A stretch of DNA of 61,367 bases, counting the filler, from an uncultured Thermoplasmatales archaeon (lineage in GTDB: Archaea; Thermoplasmatota; E2; DHVEG-1), in the NCBI GenBank assembly GCA_964517155.1. It is 5 parts of 5 records of this genome, joined end to end, with 100 filler letters (N's around TTAATTAATTAA, not from the genome) between each part and the next. Parts side by side here need not be neighbours in the genome. Positions count along the whole stretch, not along the records: positions 25,984 to 35,494 come from CAZFAZ010000054.1; positions 35,595 to 43,015 come from CAZFAZ010000058.1; 3 more parts are not named here. One strand, 5' to 3'. The notes beneath the pieces were generated by a model that was not told the origin of the DNA, did not search any database, and was given only the letters and a program-made list of their open reading frames with translations. Position numbers and translations under genes: made by a program. Below are positions 30,168 to 40,709 of the stretch, piece after piece (the first letter of the stretch is position 1; each line of letters begins with the position of its first letter).

Positions 30168-31190
30168 TTAGAATAATGTTTTTTGTTTCATCATATAATC
30201 TACATTTGAAAATTTTGCAAGTGTCGGCTCTACTCGCTCTTTTTTAAAGTGATGTTGGTCGCATAGTATTTTTAAGACTTTTTCTTCGTCTGCACCAGGC
30301 CATTCTAATGTATAGTCGTCTGTTATTTTTGGCTTTAAAAATATGTTTCTTATTTCTTTTATTTCTTCAAAGCTTGGTGGGTTTTCTGCACCTATTTTTG
30401 CAAGTACGTTTTCAACGTTTCCATTCTTTTTTATAAGATTAAGGCTTTTTTTAGGGCCTATTCCTTTTATTCCATCGTTAAAATCTGTGCCTATTAGTAT
30501 CGCCATATCTACTAGTTGTTTATGTGTAATCCCAAGGCTTTTTAGATTTGTTTTAAGTCTTATTTGTTTTATATATACTTTTGCATAGGCTTCTTTACCT
30601 GGCAGTTTTCGTCTTTCAGAAGAGGTAAGATTACGTACTAAAACTGGTGCTCCTACTAGTAAGCAGTCGTAATCTTGTGAACCTGCTGCATATGCATCAC
30701 CTTTTTTGACCATGTAGCTTGCTTGTGCTTCTCCTTCCATTGGCGCTTGAACCCAGGGTATTCCTAGTGCATCAAGCAGGTCTTTGCTTTGTTTTACCAT
30801 TTCATCTGTAAGCCTTGATGTTTGTTGGGCTTTTGAGCGTGCTTTTTTAAGGTCTCCTTCTTCTATCGCCTCGAGGTATTCTTTTTCTGCTTGTTCTTTT
30901 CTTTTTTGTCTTTCTTTTATTGTTTTTGCTTTTAGCAGATGAGGTGTTCCATCAAAAGAATAAACTGGGCGGATTCGTGCTTCTACAAGGTTTGCTGTTC
31001 TTTGAAAAAGTCCTGATAAATGTGATGTGATTTCTCCTTTACTGTTTTTTAGTGGTGTTCCATCTTGCTGGCGTATGCTTGCTAGAAACTGGTGAAGCAC
31101 GTTGTATGCATCTATTACTATGACTCGGTCATGAAGAGTGTCAAAACTTATTTTTTCTTCTTTGAAGAGTTCACCTATTTTAACTCCCAT
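30168..31190 (-). CDS. fen: Flap endonuclease 1
   Basis: MGVKIG start, IDAYNVLHQFLASIRQ, EGEAQA, SQDYD, GTDFN, PIP box KQKTLF. Confidence 0.97.
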   Translation of the reverse strand: MGVKIGELFKEEKISFDTLHDRVIVIDAYNVLHQFLASIRQQDGTPLKNSKGEITSHLSGLFQRTANLVEARIRPVYSFDGTPHLLKAKTIKERQKRKEQAEKEYLEAIEEGDLKKARSKAQQTSRLTDEMVKQSKDLLDALGIPWVQAPMEGEAQASYMVKKGDAYAAGSQDYDCLLVGAPVLVRNLTSSERRKLPGKEAYAKVYIKQIRLKTNLKSLGITHKQLVDMAILIGTDFNDGIKGIGPKKSLNLIKKNGNVENVLAKIGAENPPSFEEIKEIRNIFLKPKITDDYTLEWPGADEEKVLKILCDQHHFKKERVEPTLAKFSNVDYMMKQKTLF

Positions 31191-31308
31191 CTTTTCAAGT
31201 GTTATATCAAAAATTTGTTTATAAAATATTGTACAATTATTGTTTTTATAAAAAAAATCAGTTTGCTCTGCGATATATTTAAAGAAGAAAAAGCCATTCC
31301 CTGCTTTC

Positions 31309-32217
31309 ATGAAACGCGACATTATTTCAATGCTTGATGTAAAAGATGATTTAGAAGAAATTATTGATCTTGGCATTAAACTTAAAAAGAAGTCTAAAAA
31401 AGGCGAAAGTATAGAACTTTTAAAGGGTAAAACTCTCGGGATGATTTTTGAGAAAAGTAGTACTAGAACCAGAGTTAGTTTTGAAACTGGTATGACAAAA
31501 CTTGGCGGCCATGCAATTTTTTTGGGTAAATCTGATATTCAGCTTGGCCGTGGTGAAACAATTGAGGATACCGCACTTGTTTTGTCGCGTTATGTAGATA
31601 TTATCATGTTTCGTGCTATGAAAAATTCTGATATGAAAGAGCTTGCAAAACATGCAACGGTCCCTGTGATTTCTGGCCTTGATGATAAAGAGCATCCTTG
31701 TCAAGTTATTACTGATCTTATGACGATTAAAGAACACAAAGGAAAACTCAAGGGTCTTTCTTTTGTGTATCTTGGAGATGGCGCAAATAATATGTCTCAT
31801 TCCTATCTTTTGGGTTGTGCAATTGCAGGCATGAATGTTAAAATTGTCTCTCCTAAGAAATATTGGCCTAACAAGTATTATGTTGATGAGGCAAAAAAGT
31901 TTGGTGTCAAAGTAGAGGTTACAGACGTTGTAGAAAACGCAACAAAAGATGCAGATGTTATTGCAACAGATACATGGGTTTCAATGGGCGATGAATCTCA
32001 AAAAGAAAAAAGACTTAAAGAATTCAAAGGATACACTGTTGATAAAAAACTTATGAGTATTGCAAAACCTGATGTAATATTTTTGCATTGTCTGCCTGCG
32101 TATTATGGTTATGAGGTCACAAAAGATGTGGCTCATGGCCCCCGGAGTGTTATTTTTGATGAAGCAGAAAATCGTATGTGGGCACAAAATGCTATGATGA
32201 TTACAGTCTTAAAATAA
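31309..32217 (+). CDS. argF: Ornithine carbamoyltransferase
   Basis: STRTR, HPCQ, DTWVSMG, HCLP, EAENR. Confidence 0.96.
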   Translation: MKRDIISMLDVKDDLEEIIDLGIKLKKKSKKGESIELLKGKTLGMIFEKSSTRTRVSFETGMTKLGGHAIFLGKSDIQLGRGETIEDTALVLSRYVDIIMFRAMKNSDMKELAKHATVPVISGLDDKEHPCQVITDLMTIKEHKGKLKGLSFVYLGDGANNMSHSYLLGCAIAGMNVKIVSPKKYWPNKYYVDEAKKFGVKVEVTDVVENATKDADVIATDTWVSMGDESQKEKRLKEFKGYTVDKKLMSIAKPDVIFLHCLPAYYGYEVTKDVAHGPRSVIFDEAENRMWAQNAMMITVLK

Positions 32218-32224
32218 TTATTTT

Positions 32225-33049
32225 TCAGATATAATCATCAATAAAATCTTTCATAAACAAATTAACGGGCACATAATTAAAGAAACAATTTTGGCATAGG
32301 TGTGGTTTGTTTTTACTATTGCAATCAAGATCACATAGTTCAAAGGGATTTGGATCTATCACTGGATTATCCATGTCTTTTAACATTGCCTCTATATTTA
32401 CTCCATTCTTATTTACTGTATTAATATGATCCATTATATGTTTGAATTCAGCCTCTTTTTTCTGTTTTGAATAGATATATAAAAGGCCAATTAATGGAGC
32501 AACATCATTAAAGTTTTGATATAATGAAGCTTTGAAACATTTTTCTGCTTTTTCATAGTCCTTCATCTTAAGATAGAGAATCCCTAAGAAATAAAATTTA
32601 TAAAATTTTTTACCCCAAAGACTTGGATTTGGACCTGAAAAGCTTATGTTTCCCACTACTAGTTTTATAAAATCCGTCTGATCATTTGATGAACACCAGT
32701 TTCCACCTTTTAGAATACTGTAAAGGGCTTGAGAGCCGTATGTATCTTTGATAACATGGTTTAAAAAAGAGTGTCTTTCTTCTTTATTTTCAGCACCTAA
32801 AACTAATCTCATATATCCTATAAATGGCAGTTTTGAAAAATAACCCTCGCCTCCTGTAAACATTGCTCTTACAACAGGGAATTGTAGAAGGGGATGAGTT
32901 AAATCATGTAAATAAACTTCTACGTTGTGTTTTTTTAATTTATCAGTTACATTTTTAATTTCTACTTTATGGTTTATATTATACATGCTTTCTATCTCAG
33001 TTATTGATTTTTCACCTGCACAATGTGTTTTTAAATATTTTCCAATCAA
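32225..33049 (-). CDS. YcaO C-terminal-like fragment + TPR + Cys-rich tail, possibly 5'-truncated
   Basis: VEVYLHDLTHPLLQFPVVRAM; YFLGILYLKMKDYEKAEKCFKASL; CDLDC...CQNC. Confidence 0.6.
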   Translation of the reverse strand: MIGKYLKTHCAGEKSITEIESMYNINHKVEIKNVTDKLKKHNVEVYLHDLTHPLLQFPVVRAMFTGGEGYFSKLPFIGYMRLVLGAENKEERHSFLNHVIKDTYGSQALYSILKGGNWCSSNDQTDFIKLVVGNISFSGPNPSLWGKKFYKFYFLGILYLKMKDYEKAEKCFKASLYQNFNDVAPLIGLLYIYSKQKKEAEFKHIMDHINTVNKNGVNIEAMLKDMDNPVIDPNPFELCDLDCNSKNKPHLCQNCFFNYVPVNLFMKDFIDDYI

Positions 33050-33732
33050 AAAACCATTAAACTATTTTCATAATTTACAGTTATCTCATTTGCAACAGAC
33101 CATGCCATCAGTTCATCATCAAATATGGATAGATTATCATCAACTTTTTCAGATATATCATTATGAAAATCTCCATGAGGAAAACCACCAACAACACATA
33201 ATATATTTTTATGACCTTTCTTCTTTAAATTATCAAAATAATTTGACAACTTTACTTTTCTGCCGTTTTTTGAAAAAGCTAAAACAAAATCTTTTTTTTC
33301 TTCATCAATTATTTTCTCAAGATATTTATTTTCTTTTATTTCAAACAGTGTTTTATCATCTGCTTGTATCTTCTTTTTTTCAAAAAGCTGCTCAAAAAGT
33401 CCTACAAAACGAGTGTAATTTCGCATCAAACGAGTATCTGGATGAATATAAACTGCTTCGTTGTTGCGTGTATGAATAATGATTTTTAAATCATTTTTTT
33501 TATTTGCTATTGATTCAAGTAAATTTAAAAGAACAATATGAACTATATCTGGTCGACCGCGCCTTTTCCAATCATTAAGTTTTTTCATAGCATTATGATG
33601 AAAGTTACTATCAAGAAGAATCATGCCTGGTTTTTTATTATGCTGTCGAGCATAGCTGACAGCTACAGGATGATTCCAAATAGAACGAGGCATTATTTCA
33701 AGTTCTGCTTCAGCTATAACTATTGTTAACAA
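33046..33732 (-). CDS. nep1: Nep1/Emg1 rRNA pseudouridine methyltransferase
   Basis: LDSNFH, RGRPDIVH, RNYTRFVGL, VGGFPHGDF. Confidence 0.95.
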   Translation of the reverse strand: MLTIVIAEAELEIMPRSIWNHPVAVSYARQHNKKPGMILLDSNFHHNAMKKLNDWKRRGRPDIVHIVLLNLLESIANKKNDLKIIIHTRNNEAVYIHPDTRLMRNYTRFVGLFEQLFEKKKIQADDKTLFEIKENKYLEKIIDEEKKDFVLAFSKNGRKVKLSNYFDNLKKKGHKNILCVVGGFPHGDFHNDISEKVDDNLSIFDDELMAWSVANEITVNYENSLMVF

Positions 33733-33754
33733 ATAAAAAACCTCATATTTTACT

Positions 33755-34822
33755 TTAGCTTAAAATTTCATGCAACAAGTTTTTCTTAGTTGCATATTTT
33801 ATTTCTTGTGCGATTCTACGCCCAGTAGAAAGATCAGGTTGAATCATCTCAGAATAAGGTGAACCTGCAATATATGGATTAGTCCCTGCTACGATACGAG
33901 CAGAAATTTCAAAGACTTTAAATTCAAGTTCTTCAGTGACAACAGTCTCAAGACAAAAACTACCAATTACTCCGCCGAAAAGCTCAATGCTTTTTTCAAC
34001 AACTGCTTCACCCATCTCAAATACTTTTGGAAGAAGACTTTCACGCATAACAATAGGAATATTTCCTGTTACAACAAAAGTTGGATGAATGCCTAACTCC
34101 TCTAATTCAGATATACTACCAATACGCTGAACCTCATCAATTGTTGTTTCATCACGCCTATCCATACTAAGAAGTTGAAGACTGCCTTTTGAAAGTTTAT
34201 ATGCATTATTTTGTATTGGACTGTAAAAATAATGAAGGTAATACCTGGTACCCATTACAAACTCTTGAATTGCATACGCCTTACTTTCATCGACACGACG
34301 TTTAAACTCTTCATAGGTTTTTGCAATAAAAAAACCTTTGCCACCTTTTGCACCATGATACTTAACTATAACCGGTTTTTCGATATAATGCGGATCAGTA
34401 ATCTCCTGAGGCATGGTAACACCTGCACCCTCAAGCCATTGTCTTTCAATTTTGCGATCTGACTCCCACATCAAGACTTTGCGATTTCCAAAAGTTGGTA
34501 GATCAAGTTTCAAAAACTTGTCAGCACCAAGATATTCAACAAAAGAACCATGAGGAATAACAATTACGTTTTTCTTGCGAAGCTCCGCGGTACATTTTAA
34601 AATGTCTTTGTAATCATCAACAATTAAAAATTCATCAGGGCGGCCTAATGGAAAAGCATCATAAAATTTCTTTTTCTCACCAACTGCAATTCCTAGTGTT
34701 TTAAATCCTTCTTTTCTTGCGCCATTAAAAATCTGAAGAGAAGAGTGACTACAAACAGTACATATCGTAAGGTTTTTTTTATCGTAAGATGTAAGCATGT
34801 CGGATATATTTTTCTGAGTCAT
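33755..34822 (-). CDS. purP: PurP-family formate-dependent FAICAR synthetase (ATP-grasp)
   Basis: CSHSSLQI, PHGSFVEY, GAKGGKG, RESLL, EISARIVAGTN. Confidence 0.93.
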   Translation of the reverse strand: MTQKNISDMLTSYDKKNLTICTVCSHSSLQIFNGARKEGFKTLGIAVGEKKKFYDAFPLGRPDEFLIVDDYKDILKCTAELRKKNVIVIPHGSFVEYLGADKFLKLDLPTFGNRKVLMWESDRKIERQWLEGAGVTMPQEITDPHYIEKPVIVKYHGAKGGKGFFIAKTYEEFKRRVDESKAYAIQEFVMGTRYYLHYFYSPIQNNAYKLSKGSLQLLSMDRRDETTIDEVQRIGSISELEELGIHPTFVVTGNIPIVMRESLLPKVFEMGEAVVEKSIELFGGVIGSFCLETVVTEELEFKVFEISARIVAGTNPYIAGSPYSEMIQPDLSTGRRIAQEIKYATKKNLLHEILS

Positions 34823-35186
34823 AAAGGCGACACCCTTACACCCCCAGAATAACCGTAACCTTTTTTATAGTTTCGATTACAGAAAAAATGGACGTTTTTG
34901 TAAATAATCTGGGAAAGACTTGTACAACAACGCTTTAAAAGCTTGAAAACAAACATTATGTTTGATAACTATGTTGATTGTGGGACAAGTCAATAATAAA
35001 GAAGAAGCAAATGAGATTACTTTTATTGCAAAACTTTTTGTTGTAGGTCAAAGAGCACGTGATCTTGCTCGTGAGACAACTAAAGATAAAGCTTAAAAAA
35101 AACAAAAAATATGATTTTTGTTATTTTTTATTCAATAAACTTTATTTAGTCACAGTTGTTTAAAAAGCATTCAACGGTGATTAAAG

Positions 35187-35494
35187 CTGGTAAAATTAAC
35201 GTTTTATGGCGGAGTAAAAGAAATTGGTGGAAATAAAACTCTTCTTGAAGATAATGATACAAAGATTTTTTTAGATTTTGGCATGAGTTTTGGCCGCCGA
35301 GGAAAGTTTTTTGAAGAATTTCTCACACCAAGAACTGCAAACGGAATTGGGGATTTTCTTACAATGGGGCTTATCCCAGATATAAATGGCGTTTATCGTG
35401 ATGATCTGCTGGAACATTTTGGTCGTAAACCTCAAAAGCCTGATGTTCAAGGAGTGATACTTTCACATGCTCATGCGGATCATGCAAACTATGT
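35187..35494 (+). CDS. Metallo-beta-lactamase fold hydrolase (RNase J-like), 3'-truncated by gap
   Basis: KLTFYGGVKEIGGNK...LDFG, SHAHADH; frame extends upstream of the track ATG to CTG 35187. Confidence 0.85.
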
Positions 35495-35594
35495 NNNNNN
35501 NNNNNNNNNNNNNNNNNNNNNNNNNNNNNNNNNNNNNNTTAATTAATTAANNNNNNNNNNNNNNNNNNNNNNNNNNNNNNNNNNNNNNNNNNNN
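35495..35594. other. Artificial contig spacer
   Basis: N-TTAATTAATTAA-N. Confidence 0.99.
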
Positions 35595-35677
35595 TATAAA
35601 ATCGTCAAAAAACGACAATATTATAATTATGCTCCAGTAAATATTAAAAATACCGTTTGTTTAACAAGAAATGTTAA

Positions 35678-36979
35678 ATGAATGAAAAGCAAAAAACAAT
35701 AAAGATTGCGATACTTGCATCTGAGCCACTTGGTTGGGGTTCAGGTAAGCATTATTTTCTTATGATACTTGATGGTTATTCATGGAATTCTTCAAGTAAA
35801 AAATATAATTTTATTACTGAGTATATCTATGATAAGGATATATTAAAAGGTAGGCTTTCTACTAAAAATTATGATGTTTTGCTTGCCCCTGGTGGAGGTG
35901 TAGGTGATGGCCAGGCTATCTCAAAAGGCTTTATGTTTTCTTTTAAAACTCGTAAATGGAAAAATCAAATCCAAAAATTTGTAAAAGATGGCGGCGGGTA
36001 TATTGGAATTTGTGGAGGTACTGCTCTTTTTACAGGTCTTGATACTGGTAAAAATAGTAATCCTAAAACTTTCCTTGAAAAGTTATATGAGAATAGTTCG
36101 TTGGATCTCTCTGCAGTTAAGCATTTTTATAATCATCTTGCTTTTCCACTTTTTTATCCTTTTCAGTATAATTATCCTGAGCGTATAGGTGCCACTGGTT
36201 ATGTTTTTTCTTTTTCACCTGGTGAGACTACAGATAAAGTATTGTTTCACGCTGGTGGCGTACCTGTTGATTTTAATATTTTAAAAGATAATCCAATATT
36301 TTCTGATTATCCTAAAGATTTCCTTCGTATCCGCTGGTGGGGCGGGCCAGGTATTACTTTGCCTGATACTTCGGATAGATTTTTAAAAGCATGTGCAACT
36401 TATCCTAAAAAGGATTTTTCTACAGATAGTAAGACTAAAATTTATGCTTGGTCGTATAGTGGCGGATTTTTTGGTCTTATTAGGTCTTTTTTTTCTTCTC
36501 TTAGATTTGTTAAAAAAGAAAAAATTGGTTTTAAAGATATATTTATGTATATATATTTTTTTGCCAAACCTTGGAAAAAAAGTAACAAGATTATTGATTT
36601 AGATTTTTCGGGAAGGCCTTCAATTACAATAGAAGAATATCCAAATGAAAATAAGGGTAGAATTGTTCTTTGTACGTCTCACCCAGAGTATATGATCTGG
36701 TGGGATGGAAATATAAATGAGGTTGAAGAAAGCAAAGAAGTCTGTCTTGGCACAGGGTTTCATAAATGGAAAAATGTTAAACCGTTCAGCAAAGATTTGG
36801 TCGATGAATTTACATACACTTGGTGGGTGGTAAGAAGATTTGTAGCATGGGCTGGAAAAGTTTCAGATAAAGACATGCCTCCAATTGAAAAAGGAAAAAT
36901 AAACAAAACCGCGAAAAAGATAATTAAAGAAAATGTTTATTGGGATAAAACCCTTATTAATCAAATGAAAAACATTTAA
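35678..36979 (+). CDS. BPL-N-like class I glutamine amidotransferase-fold protein
   Basis: YDVLLAPGGG, GGGYIGICGG nucleophile elbow, WWGGP, GRIVLCTSHPE. Confidence 0.75.
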   Translation: MNEKQKTIKIAILASEPLGWGSGKHYFLMILDGYSWNSSSKKYNFITEYIYDKDILKGRLSTKNYDVLLAPGGGVGDGQAISKGFMFSFKTRKWKNQIQKFVKDGGGYIGICGGTALFTGLDTGKNSNPKTFLEKLYENSSLDLSAVKHFYNHLAFPLFYPFQYNYPERIGATGYVFSFSPGETTDKVLFHAGGVPVDFNILKDNPIFSDYPKDFLRIRWWGGPGITLPDTSDRFLKACATYPKKDFSTDSKTKIYAWSYSGGFFGLIRSFFSSLRFVKKEKIGFKDIFMYIYFFAKPWKKSNKIIDLDFSGRPSITIEEYPNENKGRIVLCTSHPEYMIWWDGNINEVEESKEVCLGTGFHKWKNVKPFSKDLVDEFTYTWWVVRRFVAWAGKVSDKDMPPIEKGKINKTAKKIIKENVYWDKTLINQMKNI

Positions 36980-36990
36980 GGTGATAAAAA

Positions 36991-37986
36991 GTGGGCTCAA
37001 AAAAATCGTTTTTAACAAGTCCTTTAAATTTCCTTTCTCATTGGCGTTCACTTCCACCTTATGAACTGATCAGCTACGTCTTTATGTATGCAAGTGTGCC
37101 AATGCTTGCATATGGTATGAAGCCTTATGATATGCAAATACTCAAAATTATTATTTTTACGATTATTACATTATATGCTGGTTTTTTTGCAGCACTTATT
37201 TGGAATGATATAACAGATGCAGATATCGACTCTGTTGCCCATCCTGATAGGCCAATTCCTTCAGGTAGAATTAGTAAAAATAAGTTTTTTGCAATTGCAC
37301 TTGTCTTTTCTGCATTAGTTTTTATCTTTGCGATTCTTGTAAGTGTACTTTGTTTGGTAATTGTTTGTGCAGCTGCTTTATTTGTTACATTTCATGATAA
37401 ATATCTCAAAAAACGTGTTAAGATACCTGCTTATTCTGAGATTTTTACGCCTGTGCAATGGGTTGTTGTAGCAGTTTTTGGTTTTTTTGCAATATGGACT
37501 GCAATTCCTCAGAGCTATTCAGTTTCAATAGATATTTCTTTTATTGGTGTAATAAACACTAATAAAGATGCAGTTATACAAATGATAATTCTTGTTTTAT
37601 TTACATACTTTGCAGATAATGCACATGATCTTGCGGAAGGAATTGTTGACTCTGATGGTGATAAAAAACATGGTGTTCGAACATACGCTACAAGTTTTGG
37701 TGATAAAATGGCAGCAAAAATATCTTTTGTCTGGTTTTTAATATCAGGTATCTTAAGTTTTATATTATTTTATAAAACGATGTTATCATATGTTTTTTTA
37801 ATTCCTTTTATGCTATTGTGGATTTATATTATGAATTACTCTTATAAACTCTTAAAATCAGATAAAAAAGATATTAAAAAGAACGCCATCCTTGTAGGCA
37901 GAAAAGGCTTTGATTATTTTCTGTTTTCATATAATTTGATATTTTTAGATGTTCTAATTCAAATGAGTATATCTAATTTTTATTGA
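36991..37986 (+). CDS. UbiA-family prenyltransferase
   Basis: NDITDADID...HPDRPIPSG and DSDGDKKHGVRT; multiple TM helices. Confidence 0.9.
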   Translation: MGSKKSFLTSPLNFLSHWRSLPPYELISYVFMYASVPMLAYGMKPYDMQILKIIIFTIITLYAGFFAALIWNDITDADIDSVAHPDRPIPSGRISKNKFFAIALVFSALVFIFAILVSVLCLVIVCAAALFVTFHDKYLKKRVKIPAYSEIFTPVQWVVVAVFGFFAIWTAIPQSYSVSIDISFIGVINTNKDAVIQMIILVLFTYFADNAHDLAEGIVDSDGDKKHGVRTYATSFGDKMAAKISFVWFLISGILSFILFYKTMLSYVFLIPFMLLWIYIMNYSYKLLKSDKKDIKKNAILVGRKGFDYFLFSYNLIFLDVLIQMSISNFY

Positions 37987-38047
37987 TTTAATACAAAAAT
38001 TTTAAGATAGATTTTTATTATCCAATCTTTATAGGTTAGTAAATATT

Positions 38048-38704
38048 ATGAAAGATGATAAAAAAAGCTGGTTATTTTCATTTGCAAGCGGTATCTTCTA
38101 TGATCGTATATCTCCAAAATTTCGTACCGGTTCATTTAAAAATTTTATGGATTATGCATATGTTATATTTGAAAAAATTGTGGTACATTTTGAAACTTTT
38201 TACATGAGTTATATAAATGTTTATCAAGAATTAGTTGAAAAAGAAGTAAAAGCTTCTGATATATCTTCTGATGATTCTATCCTAATTATTGGTTCTGGTT
38301 CAATTCCTGCTACTTCAATTTTAGTTTCAAAGAATTCAAGCTCGAAAAATATTGTTTCTATTGATTATGATGAAGGAGCAGTTAAAAATTCTATTAGTTT
38401 TATAAAATTTTCAAGTTTTGATAAGAATTTAAAATTTGAACATGCGGATGGGCTAAAGTATCCTGTTGGTAGTTTTGATGTCATATTTGTTTTATATGGT
38501 ATTAGAAAACAAGATGAGATGCTAAACTATATTTCTGAGAATATGCGTAATTCATCTCGAGTTATTTTTAGAACTACAAATGATTCTTTGGTTAAATTCC
38601 TTGGTGGAAAAGATTTTCTTGAAAAATATTTTAAGATACAACACACAATTATTTCAGAAAAATTTAGTGATACCATTTCTTTTCTTTTGAAGAAAAAATC
38701 TTAA
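38048..38704 (+). CDS. Class I SAM-dependent enzyme, nicotianamine-synthase-like fold
   Basis: LVEKE...ILIIGSGSIPATS, SIDYD, FDVIFV, VIFR. Confidence 0.7.
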   Translation: MKDDKKSWLFSFASGIFYDRISPKFRTGSFKNFMDYAYVIFEKIVVHFETFYMSYINVYQELVEKEVKASDISSDDSILIIGSGSIPATSILVSKNSSSKNIVSIDYDEGAVKNSISFIKFSSFDKNLKFEHADGLKYPVGSFDVIFVLYGIRKQDEMLNYISENMRNSSRVIFRTTNDSLVKFLGGKDFLEKYFKIQHTIISEKFSDTISFLLKKKS

Positions 38705-38798
38705 TTTTACTGCTTTTTGTGATAAAACTAGAATATCTATTTATATCATATCTAATATAGGTTTTTTTCATCATCGATATGTTGGGGAAACATCAGGT

Positions 38799-40047
38799 TA
38801 TGAAAAACAAGGTAGTTTCAAATTGGGAAAAAGTCGCAGAGTCAGGATTTGGCGATAAAAATAACATGTGTATTTGGTCGATGATAAAATATAAGGATTT
38901 TATTTATGTTGGAACTTTGAATTTTACTAATGGTTGTGAGGTTTACAGGTCTAAAACTGGTGATAAGGATGATTGGGAAAAAGTAAGTGAAACTGGTTTT
39001 GACAAAAAATGTAAATGTGAAGGCGCGCGAACTATGCTTGTCTATAACAATCTTTTGTGGATTGTTACTTATTCTAGATTACATGGTTCACAAGTATGGG
39101 TAACTAATGGAGAATATATTGATAAAAAAGGTATTCTTATCTGGAAAAAAGCAAATTTAAACGGCTTTGGTCAAGGAGAAAAAATACCTGGTTCTCGAGC
39201 TATTGTTGTTTATAAAAATAAATTACATGTCGGAACTCAATACAGGGGAGAAGTGCCTAGAATCTACAGATATGATGGTAAAATAGATCTAGATAAAATT
39301 GAACCAGAAAAATGGACTTGGATAAACAAAGATTGGCAGGAAGATAAATACAGTATTGCAGCTTTTTCACTAATTGGGGAGATGCTGACTTTTAAAACAC
39401 CAGAAAATAAAGAATATATTTATACTTCAATTTACTCTGAAGTTGCTCATCTTGTAGGTCAATTCAGGAGAACTCCTAATTTTAAAACAATTAAAGAAAT
39501 TATAAAATTCTTTTTAAAGATGAGATGCAGCATCTGGAGATACGACGGTAAAAAATGGGAAATGGTAAGCAAACCAGGATTTGGCAGAAAAAACATAATG
39601 GCTATGGCTTCTTTGACTTTTAAAGATTCAATTTACTTTGGGACAACAAAGATACTTGGCGGAGAAATTTGGCAATCAAAAGATGGTTTAAACTGGCAAA
39701 GAATAATGAAAAGAGGTTTTTCTTACCCGTTTAATTTATCTGTTTGGAAACTACATGTATTCAAAGATAAATTAGTAGTAGGCATGCAGAATCAATGGCT
39801 GGGCTGTCAGATATGGGTAAGTAAAGATGATAAACCAAATAAAAATAAGGATTTTTTTAAGATATCTAAAACAGGTATGGTCAAGAGACTGCAGATTAAT
39901 CCATTTAAATTAAAGCAAGACGGCATAAAAACAATGGAAACATTCAATGGCAAGTTGTATGCGGGAACTTCGTCTTATATGAATATTTTAAACAGTGGAA
40001 CTATAATTGGTCCGGGTTGTGAAATCTGGAGAATTAATGAAGTCTAA
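38799..40047 (+). CDS. Beta-propeller-like repeat protein
   Basis: Repeated YxGT...G(C/S/G)(E/Q)(V/I)(W/Y)...W...GF units; start approximate. Confidence 0.7.
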
Positions 40048-40049
40048 TT

Positions 40050-40685
40050 TTATTTCTTTTTGTAATTTGCTTTTCTTTTATGAGGAAATGGTACTTCTGG
40101 TATAGGTTTATCTAAAAAGTTGCATAATTTTTCCCATTGATCTCCACCAAATAAATTGAATACTAACAGCTGAGAATGCTTGTCTTTAAAATATTTGAGT
40201 ACATCTTCTTTATGATCATTATATTCCTTAATAAGATTATCTTTTTCTTCTTTTGAGTTGATACTCCACGGAGCATTGCTAAAATAATTGTCCCAACTTT
40301 TAACAAGTGATTTAGGATCACGAACTGTTAATATGAATTTACTATTGGGAAATTCTTTATCAAGTTCTTTAAAAAAGCCAGAAAAGTATATGGGTGCATC
40401 TGAAAAAGCATCGTATGGGCTTTTTTTAATGTATTCTATCCAGCCTTTTCTTGGTTTAATATGTGCATGTGGCCAGTGAATAGGTTGATAACCAAGTATG
40501 TATAATGCTTTATCAAGCGATGTAGTACCTGTTTTTGAAAATCCTATGCAAAAAATCATTGGATTTTGTTTTTCTTTTTTAAATCTGACACGTAAACTAT
40601 GAAAATACTGCAAAAATATAATCATTCTTCGGTATAGATTTGCCAATATTAATATCAACCGTGATCTTAAATTTTTATTACTCAT
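40050..40685 (-). CDS. Sulfotransferase family protein
   Basis: CIGFSKTGTTSL, SKFILTVRD, WEKLCNFLDKPIPEVPFPH. Confidence 0.85.
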   Translation of the reverse strand: MSNKNLRSRLILILANLYRRMIIFLQYFHSLRVRFKKEKQNPMIFCIGFSKTGTTSLDKALYILGYQPIHWPHAHIKPRKGWIEYIKKSPYDAFSDAPIYFSGFFKELDKEFPNSKFILTVRDPKSLVKSWDNYFSNAPWSINSKEEKDNLIKEYNDHKEDVLKYFKDKHSQLLVFNLFGGDQWEKLCNFLDKPIPEVPFPHKRKANYKKK

Positions 40686-40709
40686 CCTTATTTTTACCCC
40701 TAACTTTAA

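Noticed and set aside
31191..31376. Long FEN-1 N-terminal extension overlapping argF
   Set aside because: The family begins at MGV (31190).
34971..35096. 41-aa ORF MLIVGQVNNKEE...
   Set aside because: No recognisable motif or RBS; may be a fragment but cannot be supported.
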